Assembly: GCA_031835245.2 (NCBI GenBank)
Contig: JAVKOQ020000115.1
Coordinates: forward strand, 62,001-126,000
DNA: 64,000 nt
Direction: 5' to 3'
Source: Balamuthia mandrillaris
Lineage: Eukaryota
This document shows positions 51,598 through 62,716 of the stretch, in pieces. Within the stretch, counting starts at the first letter, position 1. Each line of letters starts with the position of its first letter. Made by a program: the position numbers and the translations under genes. The notes beneath the pieces were generated by a model. That model was not told the DNA's origin. It searched no databases and was given only the letters and a program-made list of their open reading frames with translations.

Positions 51598-51658
51598 GTT
51601 TTCCAGAGGAGAGGAATTGCTTTCATGTTTGAAAGAAAATTAAATAAAAGGAATGCGT

Positions 51659-52636
51659 TTAGTTGCCCAACAGGACGTAATCGTCCAAAACGTCGTTGTA
51701 CTTGAGAACTTTCTCCTTGATCTTCGAAGTGTCCACCCACGTTACAAAGTCTTCCATTGCCCTGCTCATTCATTCGTTTAAGTAGCTGATTAGTGAGAGC
51801 AGAGAGCAGAGAGCAGAGCAGGACATACCGTGTAACCATGAATGCAGGATCCGTCACAACGTTAGGTCCCACACGAACGTCTTTGTTCAAGTTAAGGTCA
51901 CTCAGGTTCGGTATCGAGAGAGACAAATGGGAAGAGAAAGAGGAAAGAGGAAAGAGGAAAGAGGAAAGAGGAAAGAGGAAAGAGGAAAGAGGAAAGAGGA
52001 AAGAGGAAAGAGGAAAGAGGAAAGAGGAAAGAGGAAAGAGAAAGAGGAGAAAAAGAAAGGAAATGAAGCAGTTGAAAAGGATACGGCCTTGCTCCACATA
52101 TGTTACTGCTTGTTTCAACGTTTCTGCCATCTTCAAACGAACTAACACCACCGGAAGCCTTCGTCTATTTTTTTTTTCAAATGAGATGATGACATGGAGA
52201 AGAAGCAGAAGGGAGAATTCCTCAAAAAAAATAATAATGAGAAACCTGCAAAAAGCGGACGCTGTGATCTGTTTGCATTTCATCAAGCTCTTTTCGCTGT
52301 TGATGAGGCCCATGGCGTAGAGTTTGGCCAGCAGCTGCTCCGTCATCTGCACACGAAAAGGGTCTTGCGAGTCCAATGCCGAAAGTTTTGTCGCTATTTT
52401 TGTGATCTCTCCACAAAGTTTGTTGTACCTGCATGGATTAGCCAACGTTAATCTCTTTCTGTTAAACAAGTCTATGCAGGAAAGAATAGCGCTGCAGTGT
52501 ACTTGGCATAGTCTTCTCTCTTTTGGATGTGGTAGCGGCGAAGGATTTTGATCTCCCGGACATTCTGCTCTCGCTTCCAATCGAAGAGATTGACCTTCTT
52601 CAACAGCTTTTGTTCATGTGGTTGAAGTTTCCTCAT
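51659..52636 (-). CDS. IMP3: U3 snoRNP protein IMP3
   Basis: [28 protein letters not shown] and VEQGHVRVGP...DPAFMVTR. Confidence 0.95.
51940..52037. repeat. (GAGGAAA)n heptamer repeat in an IMP3 intron
   Basis: Tandem repeat visible directly. Confidence 0.9.
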
Positions 52637-52804
52637 TTTTAAAAAACAAAAACAATAAATAAAAACAGAGCGTGTTGTGCGGCTCCTGGCGGTTCTTCTT
52701 CTTGTTCTTTCTTCTTTCTTTCTTTGCTGGTCGTCAGGAAAAAAAAAGGTGGCAGGGGGTAAGCGTCGAACCGCAGTTACGCGACCAGCAAAGGAAAAAA
52801 AAGA

Positions 52805-52877
52805 TGGCAGGGGATAAGCGTCGAACCGCAGCCTTGTGCCTCAGCAAGCCACGTCCGTCCGCTTGTGGTACTTTGCC
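52805..52877 (-). ncRNA. Putative Pol III tRNA-like / vault-like small RNA (73 nt)
   Basis: GGCA...TGCC terminal stem, A-box-like TACCACAAGCGG, B-box-like GGTTCGA and a T8 terminator; the cloverleaf is imperfect. Confidence 0.5.
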
Positions 52878-52984
52878 GTGAGGAGAAGGTTTTGGGTGGG
52901 GGGGTGGGGTGGTAGCAACAAAGGCCTTTTCTTTTACTCTTTCCTAGTTTTGTGCCTTTTTTTCTCCTTGACACTCTTGTTGTG

Positions 52985-53343
52985 TCAATGGCGTCTTGAA
53001 GGAGGAAACGAGGATCGTACAGAGGGATCCACAGGAAGACCTCGAGCCCAACGATTGGCCTGGTACTCCAACCACAGTGCATCCTCCACCGCTGAGGAGT
53101 CCTTTATGCAAAAGTAGCGACACAGCGGCCATGCCTCCATCCATGCATGCAATCCTGCCCCTCTCATCAGCACCTCCGTCAACGCAAACCACAGTCCTGC
53201 CGATAGAAGACCTATCCAACCTCCGTATATCACCTGTCGCTCTGTATGATGTCCAAAATGGACTCTTTTTTTTGTTGTGGAAAGGATGAAAGGAATGAGC
53301 CAAGGAAAAGCAAGAAAAGAGAGAAAGAGAGAGGGAGAGAGAC

Positions 53344-53374
<31 letters not shown>

Positions 53375-54013
53375 TAGAGTGGAAAGCAGAAAGGAACCTG
53401 GCGTAGGCAACGGTGGTGGCAGCCGTCAAAAGGATTCCAGCTATCATAGACTTCCACAAGAAGGCATGTCGCTTCAACCTTAGCCTGCATTACATTACCG
53501 AACAAGTCAGAAGAACGGAAGCAGGAGGAAGGAAGACGAAAGTGAACAGCAAAGAAGGGAGAAAACCGTACCGGAATAACAACAATAAAAGAAAGTAACC
53601 AGCAAAGAAGAACATGAACTGAGAATGATTCGAAGGCATGCCATAGTCCGTCCTGAAGGTGCCTGACGGCCGAACCTCCTTGAAGTAGAGCTGCTTGAGG
53701 GCTTTGTTGAGGACCAGGTCCATCAGCTGGCCCAACATAAAAAACGCCACAGAGAGCTCCCTCCGAAAGATCAGGTGGGTGGCCATGCCCACCAGCACCA
53801 CGAGAGGGGCCAAGGCGCTGGCCCCCAACAACAGGGACAAGGGATTGCCCTCCTCGTATTCCACGTAGGTTGCCTCTAACCACCGCAGAGTCTTCGTCTG
53901 GTTGTTGTTGCCTCCCTGATTTCAGTCCCAAAGGCCCAAGTGACGTCCACCACCACCACCAGCAGCAGCAGCACCGCAGCAGCTCCGGCGTTACGCAAGC
54001 ATGGCAGCAGCAT
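52985..54013 (-). CDS. DOLPP1: Dolichyl pyrophosphate phosphatase (PAP2 family); apparent frameshift near 53920
   Basis: YVEY, KQLYFKEVRP, GMPSNHSQF and ARVHFGHHTERQV motifs; the 5' end is uncertain. Confidence 0.85.
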
Positions 54014-54164
54014 CCCCTTCTCCCCAGCGCGCTACTCTTTTCCTTCCCATTTTTTGTAGACTTGGGTCACATGTCGTCGTGAGGGATGCGACCAAACAAA
54101 GTAGCAGACAAGAATAGACAGGGAGGAAGGACGGAAGGAACAAACCAAAGTGCAGAGGGATCCT

Positions 54165-56039
54165 ATGAACGCGCAGCCTTCTCGTGCTTCGGATTATTGC
54201 CTGGAGCACACAACAAAACGGCCAGGTCGGCCAAATGGCAAGGCCCCTCCTCCTCCGCTTGGTGCTTCAACCTCCTCCTCTTCCTCCTCTCCAACGAACA
54301 ACAAACGATGGGCGTTTAAAAAGCAACGGCAACGGCGGCCAGCGATAGGAAGGTGGTCCTTCCACAGAAATAGCCCTCGTCCTTCTTCTGCTCGATTCTC
54401 CGCCAGCGGTCCGTCGCTTCCTCGTCCTTCTCTTTCTGCATTGCAACAAGAGCAACGAAAACGGTGGAAGCAAGCAGCAAGCAACGTGGCTAAGATGGCC
54501 GCAACGACGGCGACGGCCACAGTGGATGCCATGGAAAAGGCTCTCGCTGTTGGCCGGAAGTCCTCTCACCGACTTATGACCCATGCCCTCATCCTTCTCA
54601 AGGCCGCCAACATTCAATTCTACAGCAGTCCCGTATGTTCTTTCTTCTTTCTTACTCGGTTTTTTTCCACGTCTTTCTTTCTTGTTGTCTCTTCCTTTCT
54701 TTGTCGTTTCTTTCTTTCTTGGCGTTCTTCCTTGTCGTTGTTTCTTTCCCGAACTAACAAGTAACAACTTTCAAAAATGATAAAGAGTGCGCAACACAAA
54801 AGAGAAGCCTACAAACAATCCATCTTGGCAACAATGAGGATGATAACCGACTGGCGCTCCATGTTTACCCAAGTGAGAGCATTCCTGTGGGAGGTGCGAC
54901 AGGAAGGTGGGCTACAAGGAGTGCTCGCCGAAACGTTGGAGCTGCAAATGGGCAGCATGACGGACATGCTGAGACGTCTACACCACCTCTACGCCAACGC
55001 AGAAAGTGCTTCTGTGTTCTTTCGTTCGTCTCCGCTTTTGTTTAAGCTCATCACAGTGTACGTCTTGTTCTTTTTATTCTCTCTTTCCCCTGTCCTTCTT
55101 CTATTCTGCTTATTAGCTTTGTTCATTCACTACTTAAACAGGTACATATTTGGGATGATAGTGGAGGTTTTATCGGTGGTTCACTATTTATTATTGGCGA
55201 GCATGAGTGTGCTTTCTCCGTTGTTGGAAGATGTGTTGCCCAACCCCAATGAGTTTGTAATTCGTCTGTGGAGCGGCTGTAAGCGCTCGTTTCCTCTAAA
55301 GCGATTTGCTTTTACCCGCTCTTCTTCTTTTTCTCGTGCTTTCGAAAAACAACAAGATGATGGCAGCAACAATATCAACAATTCAACGGAAGCAGTTGAT
55401 ATTTCAATGATGAAGCGACTATGGGACTCAGTTACCAACATCTTCCTTACTCAACATCCCCATTCCTATAAACCCATCAACAGGTTAGTAGAAGGAGAGA
55501 GAGAGAGAGAGAGAGAGAGATTGGGGGGGGGGGGCATTTTTAAACTCATCTCTGTCTTCCTTTATTTTTATAACAGGAGTAATGGTAACGAAGGTGGCAA
55601 TGGCCTATTGTTGTCAGTAATAGGGAGAGTTGGAAGGTTCTTGGTGATGCCGCCAATTGTGGTGTTGCAACGGGTCGTTGGTAGTTGGCTCGCCCACCCA
55701 GATCGTCACCACAATCTATCCTCTCGTTTCTTATCCCTAACTCGGTTTATACTTTCCAGGTAACAAATCTGCGTGCTGCTCTCTTTTCTCTCTTGTTATT
55801 ACTTTCTTCGTTAAACACTTTGATCTTTTTTTAAAAGGACCTGGAAGCGTGCTGGTGTTGTCCTAGATACTATATCTCAGCAAATGACGGCAACGCAAGC
55901 GTTCTCTCCGTTATCAACATCTTCAAGACCAAGGATTGAGTTGTTGAGCGGAGGGGGTGCTACTGGGGCATTTAGACAGGACGACCCACTCTTTCTGTCG
56001 ACCATGGGCATGAGACGTGCTGGCAAGGCACTCCTTTGA
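54165..56039 (+). CDS. Hypothetical membrane protein
   Basis: Long ORFs separated by GT-AG introns with a central hydrophobic block; no family recognised. Confidence 0.6.
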
Positions 56040-56174
56040 TTATCGCTTCATTTGATCTGACTGAGTGAAGCTAAGACCAACAATCCGCCTCTCTCTTGCT
56101 CTCTCTCTCGTTCTCTTTTCTCTGTTAAATTTTTTTGTTTGTTTTTATAGAAGATGCTATACTCACAAGAACTG

Positions 56175-57617
56175 CTACTGGGAAGATGAAGCTGATAGTG
56201 TTGCGTTATTGTCAAGAGAGAGACTGCCACCATTTCCACCGCCACCAATACTATTTCTTCTTTCGGTGCGTTGCTGCTGTGCGTCATTTGATTGTGGCTG
56301 TTGCTGGAGGAGATGTGATGGCGGTGGTTTCTCGTCAATGGAATAACGCTGAGAAGGCACAGCTCGAAATCTGTCCTCTTCTTTGATTGGCGTTTGTTGT
56401 TGTTCAGTTGCTTCCAAATGACGTTGATGGATCTGTTCCAATCTTTGTTGCTGCTCACTGCGAAGAGGGTGAGCGATGGAATGGCGACGATAGGGCTGCG
56501 GCGCTGCCATCGCCCGCTCAAACGAGGAAAAGGAATAGGCAGCAGGTTGTCCTCCCTCGCCATCCGTAAGTACTCCAACAACACCAGAAGAAGAGGAGGG
56601 AGAGCACTGAAGGGGAGATAAGCTGACATCGGGGGGACGATGAGGTATGCTACCCAAAAAACTGTCATCCTGGGAGGCACTTGTTGGTGGTGATACGGAG
56701 TATTGAGATGAGGTATTGCGCTGGAAAAATTCGTTTGGAGTCTGCGAGGAAGATGAAGGGCCACGAATCGGATAGGGATAGCCTGGTGCACCGCCACCAC
56801 GGGATGAAAGATATGAAGAAGCATAGTCGATAGCAGGACGAGAGTAATTGGAATGCGATTTGGCGGAAGCTGCAGAAGAGGGATGGTGGTTCCAAGAGGT
56901 CTGGTGCATGCCTCTCGGCCCGCCGTGATGGGAGGAAGCAGAGGAGAGAAAACTAGCGGGCAGGGAGGACCGCCGCCCATAATAGGGATTATTGCTGTTT
57001 GCGGGGGGTAAATGTGACTCGTTGAACCAGTCATCTGCAGCTCTGGTATGTTCGGCAGGAAAGAAATCTCCACCAGCCGTCGCTGCAACCACAGCTGGTG
57101 GAGGGGAGTAGGGTCGATAATAGGGTTGGCTGTAATGGGCGCTGTGAAGGGAGGCATCGTCGAAGCCCCTCTCCATCATCATGCCACTGCCGCCGCCTAT
57201 GGATGGTGCTGGTGGGTACTGTACAGAATGTCTCCTCTGGGGCATCGTTGCGCGGAGGGATGGTGAGCTGGATAGCACAGATGAGAAGTTGGAGTCGATA
57301 GAGGACAGTGAGGTTTTCTTCTTTTTGGCACGCTTTGAAGCTGCTATGTTTTTTGGGTCGAACGAGTTTTTACATTCTTCAAGTATATGATAACTTCAAA
57401 AGAAAGATGGAAAGGAATGAGCAACTAAAACAGAGAGAGAGAGAGAGAGAGAGTGAATAGAAGTGGCATACATGCGATATAGATCATCCAAAGAACGATG
57501 TGGCAATGAACGGGTTCGAATATTTTCAAGCGCGGCTTGTAACTGTTTAAATTAACGATGAGTAATTTATGGGTGAGAATTGAGAATATCTCTGTTCGAG
57601 GGAGCGAAAGCGAAAGC

Positions 57618-57669
<52 letters not shown>

Positions 57670-58589
57670 CTGGCACGTTAGCATCAGTAAGAGGAGAATT
57701 TGCTGAATAAAGGGATAATCCTCGTTCAAAGAGATCGTATTCTGTGTCTGTCCAATCCTTAAGCCGTTCTAAAGCTGGTTTAGTCAAAAGGGTGTCATAA
57801 AGAGAGAGCACGTAAATATTTCGAAAAAAGCACAAAGCCAACAAAGCTATTACCTTCTCTTTTTAAAGCGCTGTCCCCAATGTTCTGCTTCTACAATCGT
57901 AGTGAGTAAGTTATAGCATAAAGGCAGAGAACAGCAAGAGGAGAGGAGCAGAGACCTTGCTGCTTTTGGTTCGTGGTCTTTTAGACTTTTCAGATTTTTT
58001 AGGGTCAGCAGCATTATCTGATGCTGTCATATCAGATGTCATCTCTGTGGAGCCTTCCTGGCCGTCAGTTAGCTCGGTTCTGTTCCCGGAAGAGCCTTCA
58101 CCCTCTTCCTCGTCGTCGTCTTCTTCTTCTTTCACATCATTTTCGTCGTCACTATTGATTTCGCATTTACCTCCATTCTCACGCTCCTCTCTTCTCTTTC
58201 GCTCTCGTTCCTTTTAAAATTGTCAAAAAAGGATAGCATTAGCCACCGTTTTTAAGAGATAGATTGAATGAAAGCAAAATATCTAAAATGGGTGAGTAGA
58301 AAAGAGGTACATACAATCCGCAAGTAATATTTTTGAGCATGAGTTCTTACTTGAGTTGGGTTGCGTGTGCCGACATGTGCGGCAATGGCTTTCACGTCTT
58401 TGGGTCCATACCTGAGAGTGAGAGAGAGAGAGAGAGAGAGAAGAGTTCATTACATTGGGTTAACATCGTGCTATTCGAGTGCAGTAAAGAGAAAATCAAG
58501 TACTTTTCCACTCCTTCCAAAAAGCGTTGGTGTTCTTCTGGTGTCCAATATCTGCTTTGTGCCTGTTTGGTTGAATGAGTCACAATTAA

Positions 58590-58633
<44 letters not shown>

Positions 58634-59414
58634 CCTTTTTATTATTGCTTCGTTGCTTTTCTTCTTCAAAGAGCCTTACCTTCGTTGTAAGGCGGTCAAT
58701 CTAATAGAATAGAAGAACGTAGTAACAGTCACGGTAAAAGTGAGAGAAGGTTGAAGTTAATAAACGAAAGTGAAAAAAAAAAGGTAACATAGCAAGAGGG
58801 AAGGTTGCCTCTAGTCTCGCACGACTCAGTTCCTCCTCCAGGTGCGCTATCCGGTGTTGCTGCTCCACAAGCATGTTGTGTCTGATCTGAAGTTCCAGTT
58901 CCATGTCGCTGTGCGCCAGCGGCAGTGTGTTTCTTCTATTATTGCTACCGCTGCTGCTACTGGCGAGATTATGTTGGTGGTGATGATGGGAAACAATAGA
59001 TGGAGGAAAGCCAGCCATTGTGCTGCCCTCAGCTGCAGAGGTGGAGGGGGAGGAGAAGCTCTCCAAAGGAGGCAAGGAGGGAGAGGGCGGCAGGTGTGAT
59101 TGTGGGTAGTGTTGTTGGTATTGAGCGTGAAGAGGAGGAGAGCCAGAAAGAGCCGTCACGTACGAAGATGCAGAAGAAGTGGTGGGAGACTGCGTGGCGA
59201 GGTTGGAAGACGAAGATGAGGAAGGATTGGTACGCCAAGAGTGAACGCCTCCACCGCTTCTTAGGGCTCTCTCCCTTATCGCTGCCAAACCGCCCTCGCT
59301 GCCATTGACAAGGGAACTGCTGGAGGCTACCGCTGCAGCACGCCCAAGATAGCCATAATCAATGGAAGCGTGCCTGGTCATGCGTGTGCCCGTCATCTCT
59401 TGTTTGGACAACAT
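56175..59414 (-). CDS. SHAQKYF-class Myb transcription factor
   Basis: YWTPEEHQRFLEGVEK | YGPKDVKAIAAHVGTRNPTQVRTHAQKYY; a second SANT-like WTDTEYDLFERGL; low-complexity termini. Confidence 0.88.
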
Positions 59415-60292
59415 CTTGCCCCTCTTTTTCCTCCAACAAAACAAAAATAGAACTGTGCCAGTCTCTTTTTCGTACGTTGGCTTGTCTTTACTCTGCTCCT
59501 TGTGCTACTGAGCGTGCTTGCTCGCGATAATAACGGTGGGGTCTTTGCTTCTAGCTAGTTGGATGGGGGGTGTGCTTCTTTCCTCCTTTTCCTGCTTTTT
59601 TTTCAACAAATTGTTTTTGGTTTCCTTCTTCTTTTCTTTGACCGCACACGCACCAAACAATTAAAAAAATAAAAATAAGCAAAACGGTTACTTTTCGCTT
59701 TACACGCACACACACTTCTCCCCAGTATAAACGAAAAGTTGTGGGGCAGGCGAGTGGCTGACTAACTAACCAAGGGGAACCTACCGGGTGGTCTTGCTGG
59801 TCGTGCTTGCAGTGCAAGGCAAAGTGAAAAAAGGTGGCATGCAACGGTTGGAGAAGCTCATGACAGTCGGGCTGTCCCGTGAGTTTCGATCGGAAAGAAT
59901 TACGTTGCGGAAAAAAGCCAGTTTCGGCGATGAGAGACCAACAGCTAACCAATTAGATAATGAAGAGCGTTGACCATACCCTAAAACAACGGAAACTCGT
60001 CCAAACTTCCGGCATCAGCCAGCCAAAGCCCTGATGTGGCGACTTGGTGTCCTTCCTCTCTCCTTTTCTCGTCATGCATCACCCGATCTCACTCTTATTG
60101 CAAGGGACTCAAAAGAGAGAAAAGGCAGCACTCCGCAAAACTTAGAAACAAAAGAGAACAGCAAGAGGAGAGAACATACGAACAAAAGGAGATTGAGGAA
60201 AGAGGCAAAAATTGAGACAAAGAATAAGGGACCAGACCATCAACTTTAATTGTTGCAATGCTTAAGTAAAGAGAAGCGCGGGGAGAAACAGC

Positions 60293-61055
60293 TTAGTGTC
60301 CGTTGGCAGTGAGAGTCTGTTGCACCTCCTGCAGCTGCTCGGAACGGTTTTGGAGGGCTTGGGTTCTGAGGCGAGCCAAAGCCTTCTTGCGCTCGTAGAA
60401 GGCCTTGCTCCTGACCTTTCTCTTCTCCTCCAGCTTCTTGATGGTATCAGCGTGATGCCAGCCGACTTCAGAGGACAGTCTTCCAAGAACGGTGAACTCA
60501 CGGTTGGGCCTGAGACGAACAACGCGAAGAGCAGCAGGGCACACCATTCTCTTCTTCTTGTCGTAAGGAGGAGGGATACCTTCAAATACCCTCAATCTTT
60601 TAAGGGCAGCGGCACCCTTGGGGAGCTTGTGTGGCACCATGCCCCTCACTGTGCGCCAGAAGATTTTAGAGGGAGCCCTGAAGTGGATGGGTCCATGGCT
60701 GGGTCTCACATTGCAGCGCTTCCTCAAGAAAGAGAGATACCTCACTGAGAAAAAGAAAGTTCAGAACTTCTGTTCCAAGAAAGCAGGGGAGAAAAAGAGG
60801 AAGGAAGGGAAAGTACATTTGTTGCGGTAGAAAGAGCCAGAGATGTTAAGCTCCTCACAGCGGACAACAGTCTACGAAAGTGAAAAGAGTAAGAGATTAC
60901 AACGTAGGGTGGCGGAAGGGGTTACGGGAAAACAATCAAAAACATACCACATGCTGTCCCTGAAGCAACTGCTTGGCAACAATGGAGGCAAGCCTTCCGA
61001 GAAGGTGGCCCCTACCGTCGATGACAAGGTTCTTGTACTTCCTGCCGTCAGACAT
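60293..61055 (-). CDS. RPL13A: 60S ribosomal protein L13a (uL13)
   Basis: [29 protein letters not shown] and FEGIPPPYD. Confidence 0.97.
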
Positions 61056-61299
61056 ATTTTTCTTCCGCCGGTCCCTTTGTTGCAAGCGCTCTCCCTGGGT
61101 GTCCTTGGCTTTTGTGCTGAATTAGAAAGTGGGGGGATGAGGATTGTTACCGCTGCCGCACAAGTATAACGCGAAATTTCAACATTATGTGTCGACATAA
61201 CCGACCAATCAGCGCTTCACGGAGCTTGACATTAAGATCTTTGTTTAACCCTCATGTAGATCGATCTAAAAAAAAAAAGAAAGAAACCAAACCTGCAAG

Positions 61300-62104
61300 A
61301 TGCAAGTGTAAGTTCTTCCTTCGTTCCAAATTACGCCCGTTTGTTCCTGGTTGACGTTTGTTATGTACCTGCTAGGTTAGATGCAAATGCGGGATTGTTA
61401 TCAAATTTTGAACTATTGGAGCTATTAAAAGAAAATTTCACTGCTGATCAACAACGGCGGCGGCCTCGCATCACGCCACTGATAGAAGCCCAGGCAAGCC
61501 TTGTTGAACTGTATTTTCTCGCTTCAGCCATCCCTTTTTAACACTGTAACATGTTGAAAAGGTGGGTGGATACCTGAGCTCCACTGCATGCAAGGACGAA
61601 AAGAGCGAGCAAGTAGCAGAGTGCGTCCGGCGGCTCAGTCCCTTCCATCTCACCAAAGCTGAAATGCTCCAAGTCCTAAACCTTTCTCCCAAATCCGAAG
61701 TAGAAGTGCATTTGGTATGCTGCTCATGACCTCCACCTTCTCCTAGCATATCTTACAACCATTCCTCTTGTTTTGCTAAGTAGATAGTCGAGGACTGTGT
61801 AGATCGGTTAACTTCTGAACAAGTAACTGAACTGTTGGATGTTGTCCAGTCTTACCTCTGTGCACCTACACACGAAGAAGAACACGAAGACAAAGAAAAC
61901 GAAGCTGAGAGTGCTACAGCGGGAGAGACCACTCAAGAAGAGGCCGCTGGCTATGCTGAAGGAGAAGAAGAGGTTTGGGCTGAAGAGGAAGAAGAAGCAG
62001 CAGCAGAAGAACAACACATGATGCTTGTCGAGGAAACACAACAAGGGGGAGGAGGAGAAGATGAAGAAGACGGTTTAGGAGATGACGTTGGAGATGGCGA
62101 TTGA
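61300..62104 (+). CDS. CRCP: RNA polymerase III subunit RPC9/C17 (CGRP-RCP)
   Basis: LLSNFELLELL, LTKAEMLQVLNL.P and IVEDC..R motifs; acidic tail. Confidence 0.85.
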
Positions 62105-62186
62105 ACATATATAGCCACTATTTACATTTGTTTTTTTTTTACAAAAAATACAAAAAAACTGTGCGCAGAGTTACTAGCCGAACGAG

Positions 62187-62480
62187 TTATCCCTGAAGGC
62201 AGTGTTGTTTGCACTTTTGCTTGCACGTGTCCTTGCCCTCTTTGCGAAACAGTTGCCTGCAACTTTGCTTGCAGGTTTTGAAGCAGTACTGGTGGAGGGT
62301 GTCCTCGTAGGCCGCCTGCAACGCCAACGAACACGACGTGGTCAGGCGGTAGCTGCACTCCTTGCGGTGGTCCTTGTGCGCTATCCTCTTGCACACCTTC
62401 TCAGACCGCTTCCAACATTTACCGTAGAAGGGCGTGGCTGTTGCGCCGGCGTACCCAAAAGTTGCTCGTCTTGTTTCCAT
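62187..62480 (-). CDS. Small Cys/Lys-rich hypothetical protein (97 aa)
   Basis: ATG ORF with ten regularly spaced Cys, including two Cx3Cx3C motifs. Confidence 0.55.
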   Translation of the reverse strand: METRRATFGYAGATATPFYGKCWKRSEKVCKRIAHKDHRKECSYRLTTSCSLALQAAYEDTLHQYCFKTCKQSCRQLFRKEGKDTCKQKCKQHCLQG

Positions 62481-62716
62481 GGTGTGCCGCAGGTGTGTCG
62501 GTCCTGTCTTGCTTGTCTCTCTTTTGTGCGGGGCACTACAATTTTTTTCTATGGCACAAAAGGGCGTTGCTACACTTTTTTTTTTTGGTGGAGGGGTGGT
62601 GACCTCGTAGGACATTTTAAGGTTTCGGGTTAATCTCGTAGGTGCGGTTATTTCCATATTTATACAAGCGTGAAATTAACATACGTCATCGTTAGGCTTG
62701 TTAAGGACATGGCAGA

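Noticed and set aside
52823..52834. GAACCGCAGCCT in the tRNA-like element is the exact reverse complement of 46433-46444 at the left P450 inversion junction
   Set aside because: A single 12-bp match found after the fact, with no mechanism visible; treated as probable coincidence, though worth remembering if the inversion proves real.
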